Of a stretch of 54,040 nucleotides of DNA, positions 29,321 through 38,707 are shown piece by piece. Under the pieces are notes generated by a model. The model was not told the DNA's origin, made no database searches, and worked only from the letters and a program-made list of their open reading frames with translations. The first letter of the stretch is position 1; every line of letters begins with the position of its first letter. The position numbers and the translations under genes were made by a program. This stretch comes from an uncultured bacterium (lineage in GTDB: Bacteria > Eisenbacteria > RBG-16-71-46), in the NCBI GenBank assembly GCA_964655175.1, contig CAZZLY010000007.1, positions 6,463 through 60,502 on the forward strand, written 5' to 3'.

Positions 29321-31690
29321 TCAGCGCGGCAGTCGCACCTCGGCGTCGCGCTGCGAGTCTAACAGAACGATCCGTGCGGGCGCGGTCGCGTCCTCGACGA
29401 TCAGTTCGAGCGCTCCCGGTTCGGTGCGTGCGAACCGCACGCGACCCTGCGGGTCGCTGGCGAGCACGAGCCCGCCGCCGAACCGCACCGGCAGGCCCGC
29501 GAGCGCGGCGCCGGTCGCATCGCGCAGCGTGATGGCATCGAGCGGCCATTCGGCCTGCGCGGGTGCGAACGTGCGCGCCAGCGCCAGGAACAACGCGTAG
29601 GCCTCGGCGCGCAGCCGACCCGGTGCGAGCAGGGCCGCCTCGTCGCGGTCCACGCGCGCGAGCGAGGCGTACAGGGCCACCGCGCTCACCTGCGCGAGCG
29701 GGTACTTGGCGGATTCGCCCACGGTGAGCGTGTCGAGCCCCAGCGAATCCAGCGTGGCCGACAGCGTCTGGCCCCAGCGACGACCGCCGCCGCTCGAGAA
29801 GTAGTGGCCCGCGATCGGCGGGGCGGCCGCATGCCCGATGCGCAGGTAGTGCGTCGCGGCGAACGCCTCGGCGCGCTGCACGCGCTCGAGTTCGCTGACC
29901 GAGCCCTCGCCCTCGCGCGTGAGGGCGACCTCGGCGCCGGCGGCGCGCAGCATGCCGGCGAGCGCACGCGCCACCTCCAGATTGAGCGAGGCCGCGCGCG
30001 TGCCGCCGGCTCCGAGCCCGGCCGGGTCGTCGCCACCGCCCTCGGGGTCGAGCATCACGCGGCGACCCTGCAGCACGCCCTGCGCGATCGCGGTCAGGCG
30101 CGGCGGCCACGTCGTGTCGGCGCCCGCGAACCGGAACCCCGGCACGAGCGGCGCGGGCCCGCGGCCGCTCGGTAGCGTGGCGAAGCCGTTGCGATCGAGC
30201 CAGCCCGGACGGCGCGCGTCGTCGAGTGCGAGCGCGGTGCCCTCGGGCTCGCGCACGACGAAACCCGTGCGCACCTGCGGCGCGTCGTGCAGGGTCGCGA
30301 GCGCGAGCGACGCGGTCGCGACCCTTGCACGCGGCACGAGCCGCGCGGTGAGCGACGCGTGCTCGGCGAGTCGCGCCGTCACGTTGCGCGCGCGTCGCAG
30401 ATACGCGATCGCCACGCCGCCGCGCGCGACGACCGTGGTCTCGGCGGGCGTGAACGCCCCGCGCGGTTCGCTCGTCACCTTGACGCGCAGGCTGTCGGGC
30501 ACGGGCAGGCCGTCGGCGTCGAGCACGCGCACGACCGCGGCGAACACGGGCCGCGCACCCGCGAGCGGCTGGCCGTTCACCGCGAGCGCCAGGGCGGCGG
30601 GCGGCTTGGCGAGGGTGAAGCGCACGCGACGCGTGCGGGCCGAGCCCTCCGTGGCGAGGCGCGCCGACAGCCGCGCCTCGTGCACGCCCGATCCCAGCGG
30701 TGCCGTGGGCGTCCAGCGCACGCGATCGCCCTGCACGAGCAGCGGGGCGGGTTCGCCGTCGAGGCGCAGTCGCACGTCGTCGAACGCGCCCACGAGCCGC
30801 GCCTCGAGCGCGGGCGCACGCGTGAACAGCGTGTCGGCGCGTCCCGCCGCATCGCGCGCCGCGAAGTCCTCGATGCGCGGCGCACGCCGCATGAACGCGC
30901 GCGCGATCCCCAGATAGATCGCCTCGGCCTCGAGTCGAGGTCCGGCCGGATCGCGCAGACGCGCCTCGGTGGGCGGGTAGGTGAGGTAGCTGCCCTCGGT
31001 GAGCAGCGCCGGCGCCTCGCTCGTGCGGATGACGAAGAAGTTGCCCGGGATCATGCGGCACGGCTGGATGCCCAGATTGCGCGCCAGCGAACGCTGCACG
31101 TCCTGCGCCACGTCGAAGCCGGGGCCGTCCTCGCCGATCGGGTAGTACACCTGCGTCTCGTTGACGTCGTGCGCGCCACCCGGGTCGGCGTTGTGATGGA
31201 TGCTCACGAACAGATCGGGCGCGGCTTCAGCGCCCAGCCGTGCGCGCTCGGCCAGATCGGAGCGCAGCGAGGAGTCGGCCGGGGTGAGGAAGTCGCGGTC
31301 GGTCTCGCGCGTGAGGCGCACGTCGGCGCCCGCGGCCGCCAACAGGTCGCGCAGCGCCAGCGCCACCGCGAGATTGACCTCCTTCTCGGTGAGCCCGTTG
31401 ACGCCGCGGGTGCCCGGGAAGGCCCCGCCGTGGCCGGGGTCGAGCACGATCCGGCGGCCCTTCAGCACGCGGGCGTCCACCGAGTCGAGCGAGTCGCGCC
31501 GACCCTCGTAACCGGCCGGTGCGACCGGGCGGGCGGCGGGCGCCGGCGGGGCCTGCACGGGCGCGGGAGGGGGCACCGGACGCGCGCAGCCGCTCGCGAC
31601 GAGCGTGAGGGCGGCGAGTGCCAGGCCGACGTTCCGGCGCGTGGGCACGAGCGTGGCGAACGGGCGCTTCCCTGCGTCCGGAGAGGTCAT
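29321..31690 (-). CDS. Lipoprotein N-acetylmuramoyl-L-alanine amidase (Amidase_3) with a second, degenerate amidase-like domain
   Basis: Lipobox LVASGC. IVLDPGHGG, EKEVNL, SIHHN and LTE in domain 1. VMLDPEGGG...LNL.VA..L..L...GA.V.LTR in domain 2. Confidence 0.85.
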   Translation of the reverse strand: MTSPDAGKRPFATLVPTRRNVGLALAALTLVASGCARPVPPPAPVQAPPAPAARPVAPAGYEGRRDSLDSVDARVLKGRRIVLDPGHGGAFPGTRGVNGLTEKEVNLAVALALRDLLAAAGADVRLTRETDRDFLTPADSSLRSDLAERARLGAEAAPDLFVSIHHNADPGGAHDVNETQVYYPIGEDGPGFDVAQDVQRSLARNLGIQPCRMIPGNFFVIRTSEAPALLTEGSYLTYPPTEARLRDPAGPRLEAEAIYLGIARAFMRRAPRIEDFAARDAAGRADTLFTRAPALEARLVGAFDDVRLRLDGEPAPLLVQGDRVRWTPTAPLGSGVHEARLSARLATEGSARTRRVRFTLAKPPAALALAVNGQPLAGARPVFAAVVRVLDADGLPVPDSLRVKVTSEPRGAFTPAETTVVARGGVAIAYLRRARNVTARLAEHASLTARLVPRARVATASLALATLHDAPQVRTGFVVREPEGTALALDDARRPGWLDRNGFATLPSGRGPAPLVPGFRFAGADTTWPPRLTAIAQGVLQGRRVMLDPEGGGDDPAGLGAGGTRAASLNLEVARALAGMLRAAGAEVALTREGEGSVSELERVQRAEAFAATHYLRIGHAAAPPIAGHYFSSGGGRRWGQTLSATLDSLGLDTLTVGESAKYPLAQVSAVALYASLARVDRDEAALLAPGRLRAEAYALFLALARTFAPAQAEWPLDAITLRDATGAALAGLPVRFGGGLVLASDPQGRVRFARTEPGALELIVEDATAPARIVLLDSQRDAEVRLPR

Positions 31691-31877
31691 GGCGCGGACG
31701 CTAGCACCCGTGCGCGGGCGGCGTCCATAACGGTTGCGGCCCTGTGGGGGGCGTGCTACTGCTCCCCGCTCATCCAGCATCCCGCCATCCGCGCTGGACC
31801 CCGCACCGCGGGCGATTCGGGCACGCGCCCGCGTCGACCCCGGCTCCGGTCCGACCACTCCCATGAGGGGGGCCTCC

Positions 31878-33083
31878 ATGAAGCTTCGCCACGGTCTGCT
31901 GCTCGTCGCCGCGCTCGGCGCCACCGTCCTCGCCGCGGGTTGCGGCGGTGCGTCCAAGAAGGACGAACTCGTCGTCGGTGTGTACGGCTCCATGACGGGT
32001 GGCGACGCCACCTTCGGCCAGTCCACCAAGTCGGGCGTCGAACTGGCGCTCGCGGAGCTCGTCGCGAGCAAGAAGGGCCAGATCGGCGGCCTCACGGTGC
32101 GCACGGTGGTCGAGGACGATCAGGGCAAGGCCGAGGAGGCCGCCACGGTCGTGCAGAAGCTGGTCAACCAGGATCAGGTGATCGCGGTCATCGGCGAGGT
32201 CGCCTCGTCGCGGTCGATCGCGGCGGCGCCCATCTGCCAGACGGCGGGCACGCCCATGATCTCGCCCTCGTCCACGAACCCCAAGGTCACCGAGGTCGGC
32301 GACTTCATCTCGCGCATGTGCTTCATCGACCCGTTCCAGGGCACGGTGATGGCCAAGTTCGCGCGCCAGAACCTGGGCCTCAAGAAGGTCGCGATCCTCA
32401 AGGACGTGAAGAGCGATTACTCGGTGGGTCTGTCGCAGTTCTTCACCGAGGCGTTCACGGCGCAGGGCGGCACCATCTGCGTCGAGCAGGCCTACACGGC
32501 CGGTGACCAGGACTTCAGCGCGCAGCTGACGGCCATCAAGGCGACCGCGCCCGAGGCCATCTTCGTGCCCGGCTACTACACCGAGGTCGGTCTGATCGCC
32601 CGCAAGGCGCGCGAGCTCGGGCTCACCTGCCCGCTGCTGGGTGGCGACGGCTGGGAGAGCGAGCAGCTCATCGAGATCGGTGGCGACGCGATGAACGGCG
32701 CCTACTACTCGAACCACTTCGCGGCCGACAACCCGGATCCGGCGCTCAAGGCGTTCCTCGCCGCGTACCAGACCAAGTTCGGCGCCCAGCCCGACGCCAT
32801 CGGTGGGCTCGCGTACGACGCGGCCAAGGTGCTGTTCGCCTGCCTCGAGAAGCTCGCGACCGATGAGCCCGCCACGTTCGCCGCGCTCGGCTCGTCCAAG
32901 GCCGGCACGCCGGAGCGCAAGGCGGCCCAGGCCAAGCTGCGCGACCTCATCAACGCCACGAAGGACTTCCCCGGTGTGACCGGTTCGATCACCCTCGATG
33001 ACAAGCGCAACGCCAACAAGCCGGCGATGGTGCTCGAGATCAAGGGTGGCAAGAAGGTCTTCAACACGTCCATCAACCCGTAG
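31878..33083 (+). CDS. livK: Branched-chain amino acid ABC transporter substrate-binding lipoprotein
   Basis: Lipobox LAAGC. GEVASSRS, ISPSSTNP, R.CFIDPFQG, DYS.GL, GGDGW and YDA motifs. Confidence 0.9.
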   Translation: MKLRHGLLLVAALGATVLAAGCGGASKKDELVVGVYGSMTGGDATFGQSTKSGVELALAELVASKKGQIGGLTVRTVVEDDQGKAEEAATVVQKLVNQDQVIAVIGEVASSRSIAAAPICQTAGTPMISPSSTNPKVTEVGDFISRMCFIDPFQGTVMAKFARQNLGLKKVAILKDVKSDYSVGLSQFFTEAFTAQGGTICVEQAYTAGDQDFSAQLTAIKATAPEAIFVPGYYTEVGLIARKARELGLTCPLLGGDGWESEQLIEIGGDAMNGAYYSNHFAADNPDPALKAFLAAYQTKFGAQPDAIGGLAYDAAKVLFACLEKLATDEPATFAALGSSKAGTPERKAAQAKLRDLINATKDFPGVTGSITLDDKRNANKPAMVLEIKGGKKVFNTSINP

Positions 33084-33098
33084 CCGAAGCGAGGATCG

Positions 33099-33129
33099 GA
33101 CGGGCCGCGGGTGACCCCCGTGGCCCGTC
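33099..33129 (+). other. Intercistronic hairpin after the substrate-binding protein gene (mRNA stabiliser)
   Basis: GACGGGCCGCGGG...CCCGTGGCCCGTC stem. Confidence 0.45.
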
Positions 33130-33136
33130 GCCACGC

Positions 33137-34039
33137 ATGAGCGAGTTCCTCCAGCAGTTGGTCAACGGCATCACGTGGGGCAGCGTGTACGCACTCATCG
33201 CGCTCGGCTACACGATGGTGTACGGCATCCTGCGACTCATCAATTTCGCGCACGGCGACGTCTACATGCTGGGCGCGTTCATGGGTCTGTACGCCTCGCG
33301 CTGGTTCCACGCGGGGCAGGACCCGAGTCCGCTCAAGGCGCTGCTCGTGCTCGTCACGAGCATGGTGCTGTGTGCGCTCATCGGGCTCGTGATCGAGCGG
33401 GCCGCCTACAAGCCCGTGCGCAAGTCGCCGCGCCTGTCGGCGCTCATCACCGCGATCGGCGTGTCGCTGCTGCTCGAGAACGGCGGCGTGCTCGTGTTCG
33501 GCGCGAGCCCGCGGTTCTTCCCGCAGATCGTCGAGCAGAAGAACATCGCGCTCGGCATGGGCGTCACGCTCTCGAACCAGCAGCTCATCGTGCTCGTCGT
33601 GGCGTTCGGGCTCATGTTGGCGCTGCGCGGCCTCGTGCTGCACACCAAGGTGGGCAAGGCGATGCAGGCCGTGTCGCACAACCACATGGCCGCCTCGCTC
33701 ATGGGCATCTCGGTCGACCGCATCATCTCGTTCACGTTCATGATCGGCTCGGCGCTCGCCGCCGCCGCCGGCGTGCTCGTGGCGCTGCAGAGCCCCAAGA
33801 TCGAGCCCTACATGGGCATCCTGCCGGGCCTCAAGGCGTTCGTCGCCGCCGTGCTGGGCGGTATCGGCAACATCCCCGGTGCGGTGGTCGGCGGGCTCGT
33901 CATGGGCGTCGCCGAGGTGCTGGTGACCGGCTACCTGTCGCCCACGTACCGCGACGCGATCGCGTTCGTGCTGCTCATCGTCATCCTGCTCGTGCGCCCG
34001 GCCGGCATCTTCGGCAAGGCCGTCGCGGAGAAGGTCTGA
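33137..34039 (+). CDS. livH: Branched-chain amino acid ABC transporter permease
   Basis: GSVYALIALGYTMVYGIL.LINFAHGD and GLKAFVAAVLGGIG.IPGA motifs. Confidence 0.94.
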   Translation: MSEFLQQLVNGITWGSVYALIALGYTMVYGILRLINFAHGDVYMLGAFMGLYASRWFHAGQDPSPLKALLVLVTSMVLCALIGLVIERAAYKPVRKSPRLSALITAIGVSLLLENGGVLVFGASPRFFPQIVEQKNIALGMGVTLSNQQLIVLVVAFGLMLALRGLVLHTKVGKAMQAVSHNHMAASLMGISVDRIISFTFMIGSALAAAAGVLVALQSPKIEPYMGILPGLKAFVAAVLGGIGNIPGAVVGGLVMGVAEVLVTGYLSPTYRDAIAFVLLIVILLVRPAGIFGKAVAEKV

Positions 34040-34040
34040 C

Positions 34041-35033
34041 ATGAAGCGCCTGATCGCCCCGCTCGCGACGATCCTGCTCCTCGTGGGCCTCAACGTGCTG
34101 CTGCCGCGGATCACGAACCCGTACTACTTCCAGGTGCTGATCCTGATCGGCATCAACATCGTGCTCGCGGTCTCGCTCAATCTGGTCAACGGCTTCACCG
34201 GCCAGTTCTCGATCGGCCACGCCGGCTTCATGGCCGTGGGCGCGTACGCGTCGGCCATGTTCTCGCTGGTGTTGGGGCCGCGCCTGCTGGGCTCGCTCGC
34301 GATGCTGCCGCTGCCGGTCGCACAGGGTGTGGTGCTGCTGTTCGCGCTCGTCGCGGGCGGTCTGCTCGCCGCCGCCGCCGGCTGGATCGTCGGGCTGCCG
34401 AGCCTGCGCCTGCGCGGCGACTACCTCGCCATCGTGACGCTGGGCTTCGGCGAGATCATCCGCGTGCTCATCCTGAACATCGACGCCATCGGCGGCGCGC
34501 GCGGTCTGCCGGGCATCCCGCAGTACTCGAACGTGTTCTGGGTGTTCGGCGCCGCCGTCGTGGTGATCGCGCTCGCGCACAACCTGGCGCGCAGCACGCA
34601 CGGCCGCGCGCTGTTCGCGATCCGCGACGACGAGGTCGCGGCCGAGGCGCTGGGTGTGGACACGACCCGCTACAAGGTGCTGGCGTTCGTCATCGGCGCG
34701 TTCTTCGCGGGCGTGGCCGGTGGGCTGTTCGCGCACTTCCTGAGCTATCTCAACCCCAGCTCGTTCACGTTCCTCAAGAGCATCGAGGTCATCGCCATGG
34801 TCGTGCTGGGCGGCATGGGCTCGATCACGGGTTCGGTGCTCGCGGCGATCGTCCTGACGCTGCTGCCCGAACTGCTGCGCTCGGTGAAGGACTTCCGCAT
34901 GGTGATCTACGCACTCATGCTGATCGTCCTCATGATCACGCGGCCCCAGGGCCTCATGGGGACGCGCGAGCTGTCGCTGCCGTGGCGCCGCAAGGCCGCC
35001 GCGCCGGGCGCGTCCGCGAAGGAGGCGGCATGA
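34041..35033 (+). CDS. livM: Branched-chain amino acid ABC transporter permease
   Basis: SLNL..G.TGQFSIGHAGF, LRLRGDYLAIVTLGFGEI, AIRDDE.AA and GGMGS motifs. Confidence 0.94.
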   Translation: MKRLIAPLATILLLVGLNVLLPRITNPYYFQVLILIGINIVLAVSLNLVNGFTGQFSIGHAGFMAVGAYASAMFSLVLGPRLLGSLAMLPLPVAQGVVLLFALVAGGLLAAAAGWIVGLPSLRLRGDYLAIVTLGFGEIIRVLILNIDAIGGARGLPGIPQYSNVFWVFGAAVVVIALAHNLARSTHGRALFAIRDDEVAAEALGVDTTRYKVLAFVIGAFFAGVAGGLFAHFLSYLNPSSFTFLKSIEVIAMVVLGGMGSITGSVLAAIVLTLLPELLRSVKDFRMVIYALMLIVLMITRPQGLMGTRELSLPWRRKAAAPGASAKEAA

Positions 35034-35806
35034 GCGAGCCGCTGCTGCATCTGGATCACGTCACCATGCAGTTCGGCGGGCTCAAGGCCGTCTCGGACGT
35101 GTCGTTGGCGATCCATCCCGGCGAGCTCATCGGACTCATCGGTCCCAACGGCGCCGGCAAGACGACGGTGTTCAACGTCATCACCGGGGTGTATCGGCCC
35201 ACGCAGGGTCAGGTGCGCTTCGAGGGCCGCGTCACGAGCGGTCTCAAGGCCAACCGGATCGCGTGCGGCGGCATCACCCGCACGTTCCAGAACATCCGGC
35301 TGTTCTCGCGGCTGACCTGCCTCGACAACGTCTGCGTCGCGACGCACCCGCACCGGCGCGCGGGGCTGTGGTCCGCCGTGCTGCGCACGGGCGCGTTCCA
35401 GCGCGACGAGCAGCGCCTGCGCGACGAGGCGCGCGCCATGCTCGAGGTGCTGGGCCTGGGCGCCTACGCCGACGAGCCCGCGACGAGTCTGGCTTACGGG
35501 CAGCAGCGCCGACGCGAGATCGCGCGCGCGCTCGCGGGGAAGCCGCGCCTGTTGCTGCTCGACGAGCCCGCCGCCGGGCTCAATCCGCAGGAGAGCGAGG
35601 AGCTCATGGGGCTGATCCAGGAGATCCGCACCCGGTTCGGACTCACGATCCTGCTCATCGAGCACGACATGAAGGTCGTCATGGGCATCTGCGAGCGCAT
35701 CGCGGTGCTCGACTACGGTGTGAAGATCGCCGAGGGCACGCCGGCCGAGATCCGCGCGAACCCCAAGGTCATCGAGGCCTATCTGGGCGAGGAGATGCCG
35801 GCGTGA
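35030..35806 (+). CDS. livG: Branched-chain amino acid ABC transporter ATP-binding protein
   Basis: FGGL.AV, GPNGAGKTT, RTFQNIRLF, LLLDEPAAGLN, IEHDM and AYLG motifs. Confidence 0.94.
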   Translation: MSEPLLHLDHVTMQFGGLKAVSDVSLAIHPGELIGLIGPNGAGKTTVFNVITGVYRPTQGQVRFEGRVTSGLKANRIACGGITRTFQNIRLFSRLTCLDNVCVATHPHRRAGLWSAVLRTGAFQRDEQRLRDEARAMLEVLGLGAYADEPATSLAYGQQRRREIARALAGKPRLLLLDEPAAGLNPQESEELMGLIQEIRTRFGLTILLIEHDMKVVMGICERIAVLDYGVKIAEGTPAEIRANPKVIEAYLGEEMPA

Positions 35807-36513
35807 GCCAGCTCGTGGTGGAGGGGCTCGAGGTCTTCTACGGCGCGGTGCACGCGCTCAAGAACGTCTCGATCGAGGTCCGGCCCGGGGAGATCGTCAC
35901 GCTCATCGGCGCCAACGGCGCGGGTAAGACGACGCTGCTGCGCACGCTGTCGGGCCTGGTGCCCGCCAAGTCGGGGCGCATCGTGTTCGAGGGTCGCGAC
36001 ATCACCCGCATGCCGGCGCACGAGATCGTGGCGCTCGGGCTGTCGCAGAGCCCCGAGGGCCGCATGGTGTTCGCCAACCTCTCGGTCGAGGACAACCTCG
36101 AACTGGGCGCGTACCGCCGTCGCGACGGCGCGGCCATCCGCAAGGACCGCGACGAGGTCTACCAGTTGTTCCCGCGCCTGCTCGAGCGTCGCAAGCAGCT
36201 CTCGGGCACGTTGTCGGGCGGCGAGCAGCAGATGCTCGCGATCGGCCGCGCGCTCATGAGCCGACCGCGCATGCTGCTGCTGGACGAGCCGTCGCTGGGC
36301 ATCGCCCCGCTGCTGGTGCGCGACATCTTCAAGAACATCGTGACGATCAACCGCGGCGGCATGACCGTGCTGCTCGTGGAGCAGAACGCGAACATGGCGT
36401 TGAGCATCGCGCAGCGCGGCTACGTGCTCGAGACCGGCCACGTCGTGCTCGAGGACGAGGCGGCCAAGCTCGCCGCCAACGATCAGGTGCGCGCCGCCTA
36501 TCTGGGCGGCTGA
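35803..36513 (+). CDS. livF: Branched-chain amino acid ABC transporter ATP-binding protein
   Basis: GANGAGKTT, PEGR..F, FPRL.ER, LSGGEQQMLAIGRALM, DEPSLG and VEQNA motifs. Confidence 0.95.
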   Translation: MSQLVVEGLEVFYGAVHALKNVSIEVRPGEIVTLIGANGAGKTTLLRTLSGLVPAKSGRIVFEGRDITRMPAHEIVALGLSQSPEGRMVFANLSVEDNLELGAYRRRDGAAIRKDRDEVYQLFPRLLERRKQLSGTLSGGEQQMLAIGRALMSRPRMLLLDEPSLGIAPLLVRDIFKNIVTINRGGMTVLLVEQNANMALSIAQRGYVLETGHVVLEDEAAKLAANDQVRAAYLGG

Positions 36514-36657
36514 CGCGCCACGCGGCACCCGGTGTCCATGCGGGCGGTCCCTTCCCGGGGCCGCCCGCCTCGCGTTCCCGTCCCGTGCGCGGTGGGGGGT
36601 TCCCCTGACGCCGGAGTCGCGCTAGCATCCCGAGCGGACACGCTCCCGGGAGGATGC

Positions 36658-36870
36658 ATGATGACGATCTCGATCCGGACCCTGCGCGAGGCGGACGGCC
36701 GTTGGATCGCGGAGATCCCGGAACTGCCCGGCGTGATGGTCTACGACGCGACCGAGGCCGGTGCGATCGCCCGGGTGAAGGCGCTCGCTCTACGCGTGGT
36801 CGCCGATCGCCTCGAGCACGGCGGTCTGCCGGCGGGCTTCGCCGGTCTCCACTTCGACCCTGCGGCCTGA
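36658..36870 (+). CDS. hicB: HicB-family antitoxin (short, no DNA-binding domain)
   Basis: E.DGRWIAEIPELPGVMVY..T...A...V.ALAL.V.ADRLEHG. GGGAGG RBS. Confidence 0.85.
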   Translation: MMTISIRTLREADGRWIAEIPELPGVMVYDATEAGAIARVKALALRVVADRLEHGGLPAGFAGLHFDPAA

Positions 36871-37079
36871 TGCGATGGGGCAGCGCCCCCGCACGACGAG
36901 TCCTGCGCGCCCTGCTCCGCATCGGTTGGCACATCGCCCGCTCCCGAGGTTCGCATCGTGTCCTCGAACGTCCCGGTTGGCCCGTGTTCGTGTTCGCCTT
37001 CCACGACGGCGAGACGCTCGGCCCGGTCATGCTCGCCCGCATCGCACGGCACACGGGGCTGACGCCCGAGGACCTGTGA
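36870..37079 (+). CDS. hicA: HicA-family mRNA interferase toxin
   Basis: AL.RIGW....GSHRVL...FAFHD.E.LGP.ML.RIA.HTGL.PEDL. TGATG overlap with hicB. Confidence 0.85.
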   Translation: MRWGSAPARRVLRALLRIGWHIARSRGSHRVLERPGWPVFVFAFHDGETLGPVMLARIARHTGLTPEDL

Positions 37080-37124
37080 GGCGGGGCGTCGCGCCCGCTG
37101 CGGCGCTCTGCTAGCCTCGCGCGC

Positions 37125-38522
37125 ATGAGTCAGGACCTGCTCCGCACGCTGCCCTCGGTCGAGAAGCTGCTCGCGCACGAGCCGCTCGCCGAGCTCCTGC
37201 ACGAGCTGCCGCGCACCGTGGTCGTGGACGCGGTCCGCGACACGCTCGCCGAAGCGCGCGCCGCCCTGCGTCGGCGCGGCGCGAAGGCGGCTCCCGAGCC
37301 CGTGGCGCTGGCGCATGCGGCCGCTGCGCGTGCCCGCGCGGTCGCCGCACCGGCGCTGCGACGGGTGCTCAACGCCACCGGGATCGTGCTGCACACGAAC
37401 CTGGGCCGCGCGCCGTTGGGCGAGGCCGCGCGCCGCGCGGTCGCCGACGTGGCCGCCGGCTACAGCTCGCTCGAATACGATCTCGCGAGCGGTCGCCGCG
37501 GGGATCGCGGCGCGGGCGTGTCGCGTTGGGCGACGCGGCTCACCGGGGCCGAGGCCGCCGTCGCGGTCAACAACGGCGCGGGCGCGATCCTGCTGGCGCT
37601 GGCGGGGCTCGCGGCCGGACGCGGCGTGCTCGTCTCGCGCGGCGAACTGGTCGAGATCGGCGGTTCGTTCCGCGTGCCCGAGATCATGGAGCTGTCCGGT
37701 GCGCGCCTGATCGAGGTCGGCGCGACCAATCGCACGCACCTGCGCGACTACGAGCGTGCGCTCGAGAAGCACGGCCGCGAGGTCGGCGCCATCCTGCGCG
37801 TGCACCGCAGCAACTTCCGCATGCAGGGGTTCGTGCGCCAGCCCGAGCTGGCGGACCTGGCGCGGCTGGCGAAGCGCCGTCGCATCCCGCTGATCGAGGA
37901 CCTGGGCAGCGGCGCGCTCACCGACCTGGCAGCGTTCGGGCTCGAGCGCGAGCCCACCGTGGCCGAGAGCCTGGCCGCCGGCGTCACCGTGGTGACCTGC
38001 TCGGGCGACAAGCTGCTCGGCGGCGCGCAGGCGGGCCTCGTGCTGGGGCAGCGCACCGCGCTCGAACGCATCCGCAAGCATCCGTTCGCACGGGCCATGC
38101 GGCTCGACAAGCTGGCGCTGGCGGCGCTCGAGGCGACGTTGGCGGTGCACGCCGACCCGGAGCGCGCGCGCACCGAGTTACCGACGCTGGCGATGCTGTC
38201 GGCGTCCGCCGCGACGCTCGCCGAACGCGCCGAGCGCCTCAAGCGCGAGCTCGAGGCCCGCATCCCGGGGCTCGTGACCGCGATCGTGGCCGGGGCGGGC
38301 GAGGTCGGGGGCGGGGCGCTGCCGCTGCAGTCGCTGCCGGGGCCGGTGGTCGCGGTGAAGCATCCGGCGCACACGGCGGCCGAACTCGAGCGCCGTGCGC
38401 GCACCGCAGCGCCGCCGGTCATCGGCACGGTGCGCGCGGGCGCGTTCCGGCTCGACCCGCGCACGCTGGCGGACGCCGAGGTGGCACTGGCGGCGGTGGC
38501 GCTGGCCCGCGTCTGGGGCTGA
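37125..38522 (+). CDS. selA: L-seryl-tRNA(Sec) selenium transferase
   Basis: NATGIVLHTNLGRAPL, VNN.A, SRGELVEIGGSFR.P, EVG.TNRT, VH.SNF, EDLGSG and SGDKLLGG.QAG motifs. Confidence 0.96.
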   Translation: MSQDLLRTLPSVEKLLAHEPLAELLHELPRTVVVDAVRDTLAEARAALRRRGAKAAPEPVALAHAAAARARAVAAPALRRVLNATGIVLHTNLGRAPLGEAARRAVADVAAGYSSLEYDLASGRRGDRGAGVSRWATRLTGAEAAVAVNNGAGAILLALAGLAAGRGVLVSRGELVEIGGSFRVPEIMELSGARLIEVGATNRTHLRDYERALEKHGREVGAILRVHRSNFRMQGFVRQPELADLARLAKRRRIPLIEDLGSGALTDLAAFGLEREPTVAESLAAGVTVVTCSGDKLLGGAQAGLVLGQRTALERIRKHPFARAMRLDKLALAALEATLAVHADPERARTELPTLAMLSASAATLAERAERLKRELEARIPGLVTAIVAGAGEVGGGALPLQSLPGPVVAVKHPAHTAAELERRARTAAPPVIGTVRAGAFRLDPRTLADAEVALAAVALARVWG

Positions 38523-38677
38523 CCGAGGGCCCTCCCGGAGCGCCCCGGCAGGGGTGTCCGGGGCCTCCCGGCCCGGTGCTCGCCGCCGTCCACGACGACC
38601 CGGTCCGCGGACCCGTCCCGGTCGGCTAGCCGCTTGCAATCACGGTCGTTCCGTGGCGGTCCCGGCGCGCATTCCCG

Positions 38678-38707
38678 TTGACCGGGAGGGCTTGGAACCA
38701 CTACTGT
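38678..38707 (+). promoter_or_regulatory. Putative sigma70 promoter upstream of smc
   Basis: TTGACC-N18-TACTGT, about 310 nt upstream of the smc ATG. Confidence 0.5.

Noticed and set aside
28545-31061. 838-aa ORF suggesting a giant TonB fusion
   Set aside because: The upstream part is an alternative frame of the amidase gene. The real TonB gene starts near 29237.
35500-35520. LivG signature region QQRRREIARAL (R where L is usual) as a sign of pseudogenisation
   Set aside because: A single substitution (CGC vs CTC) in an otherwise intact gene and operon. It may be a variant or a base error.
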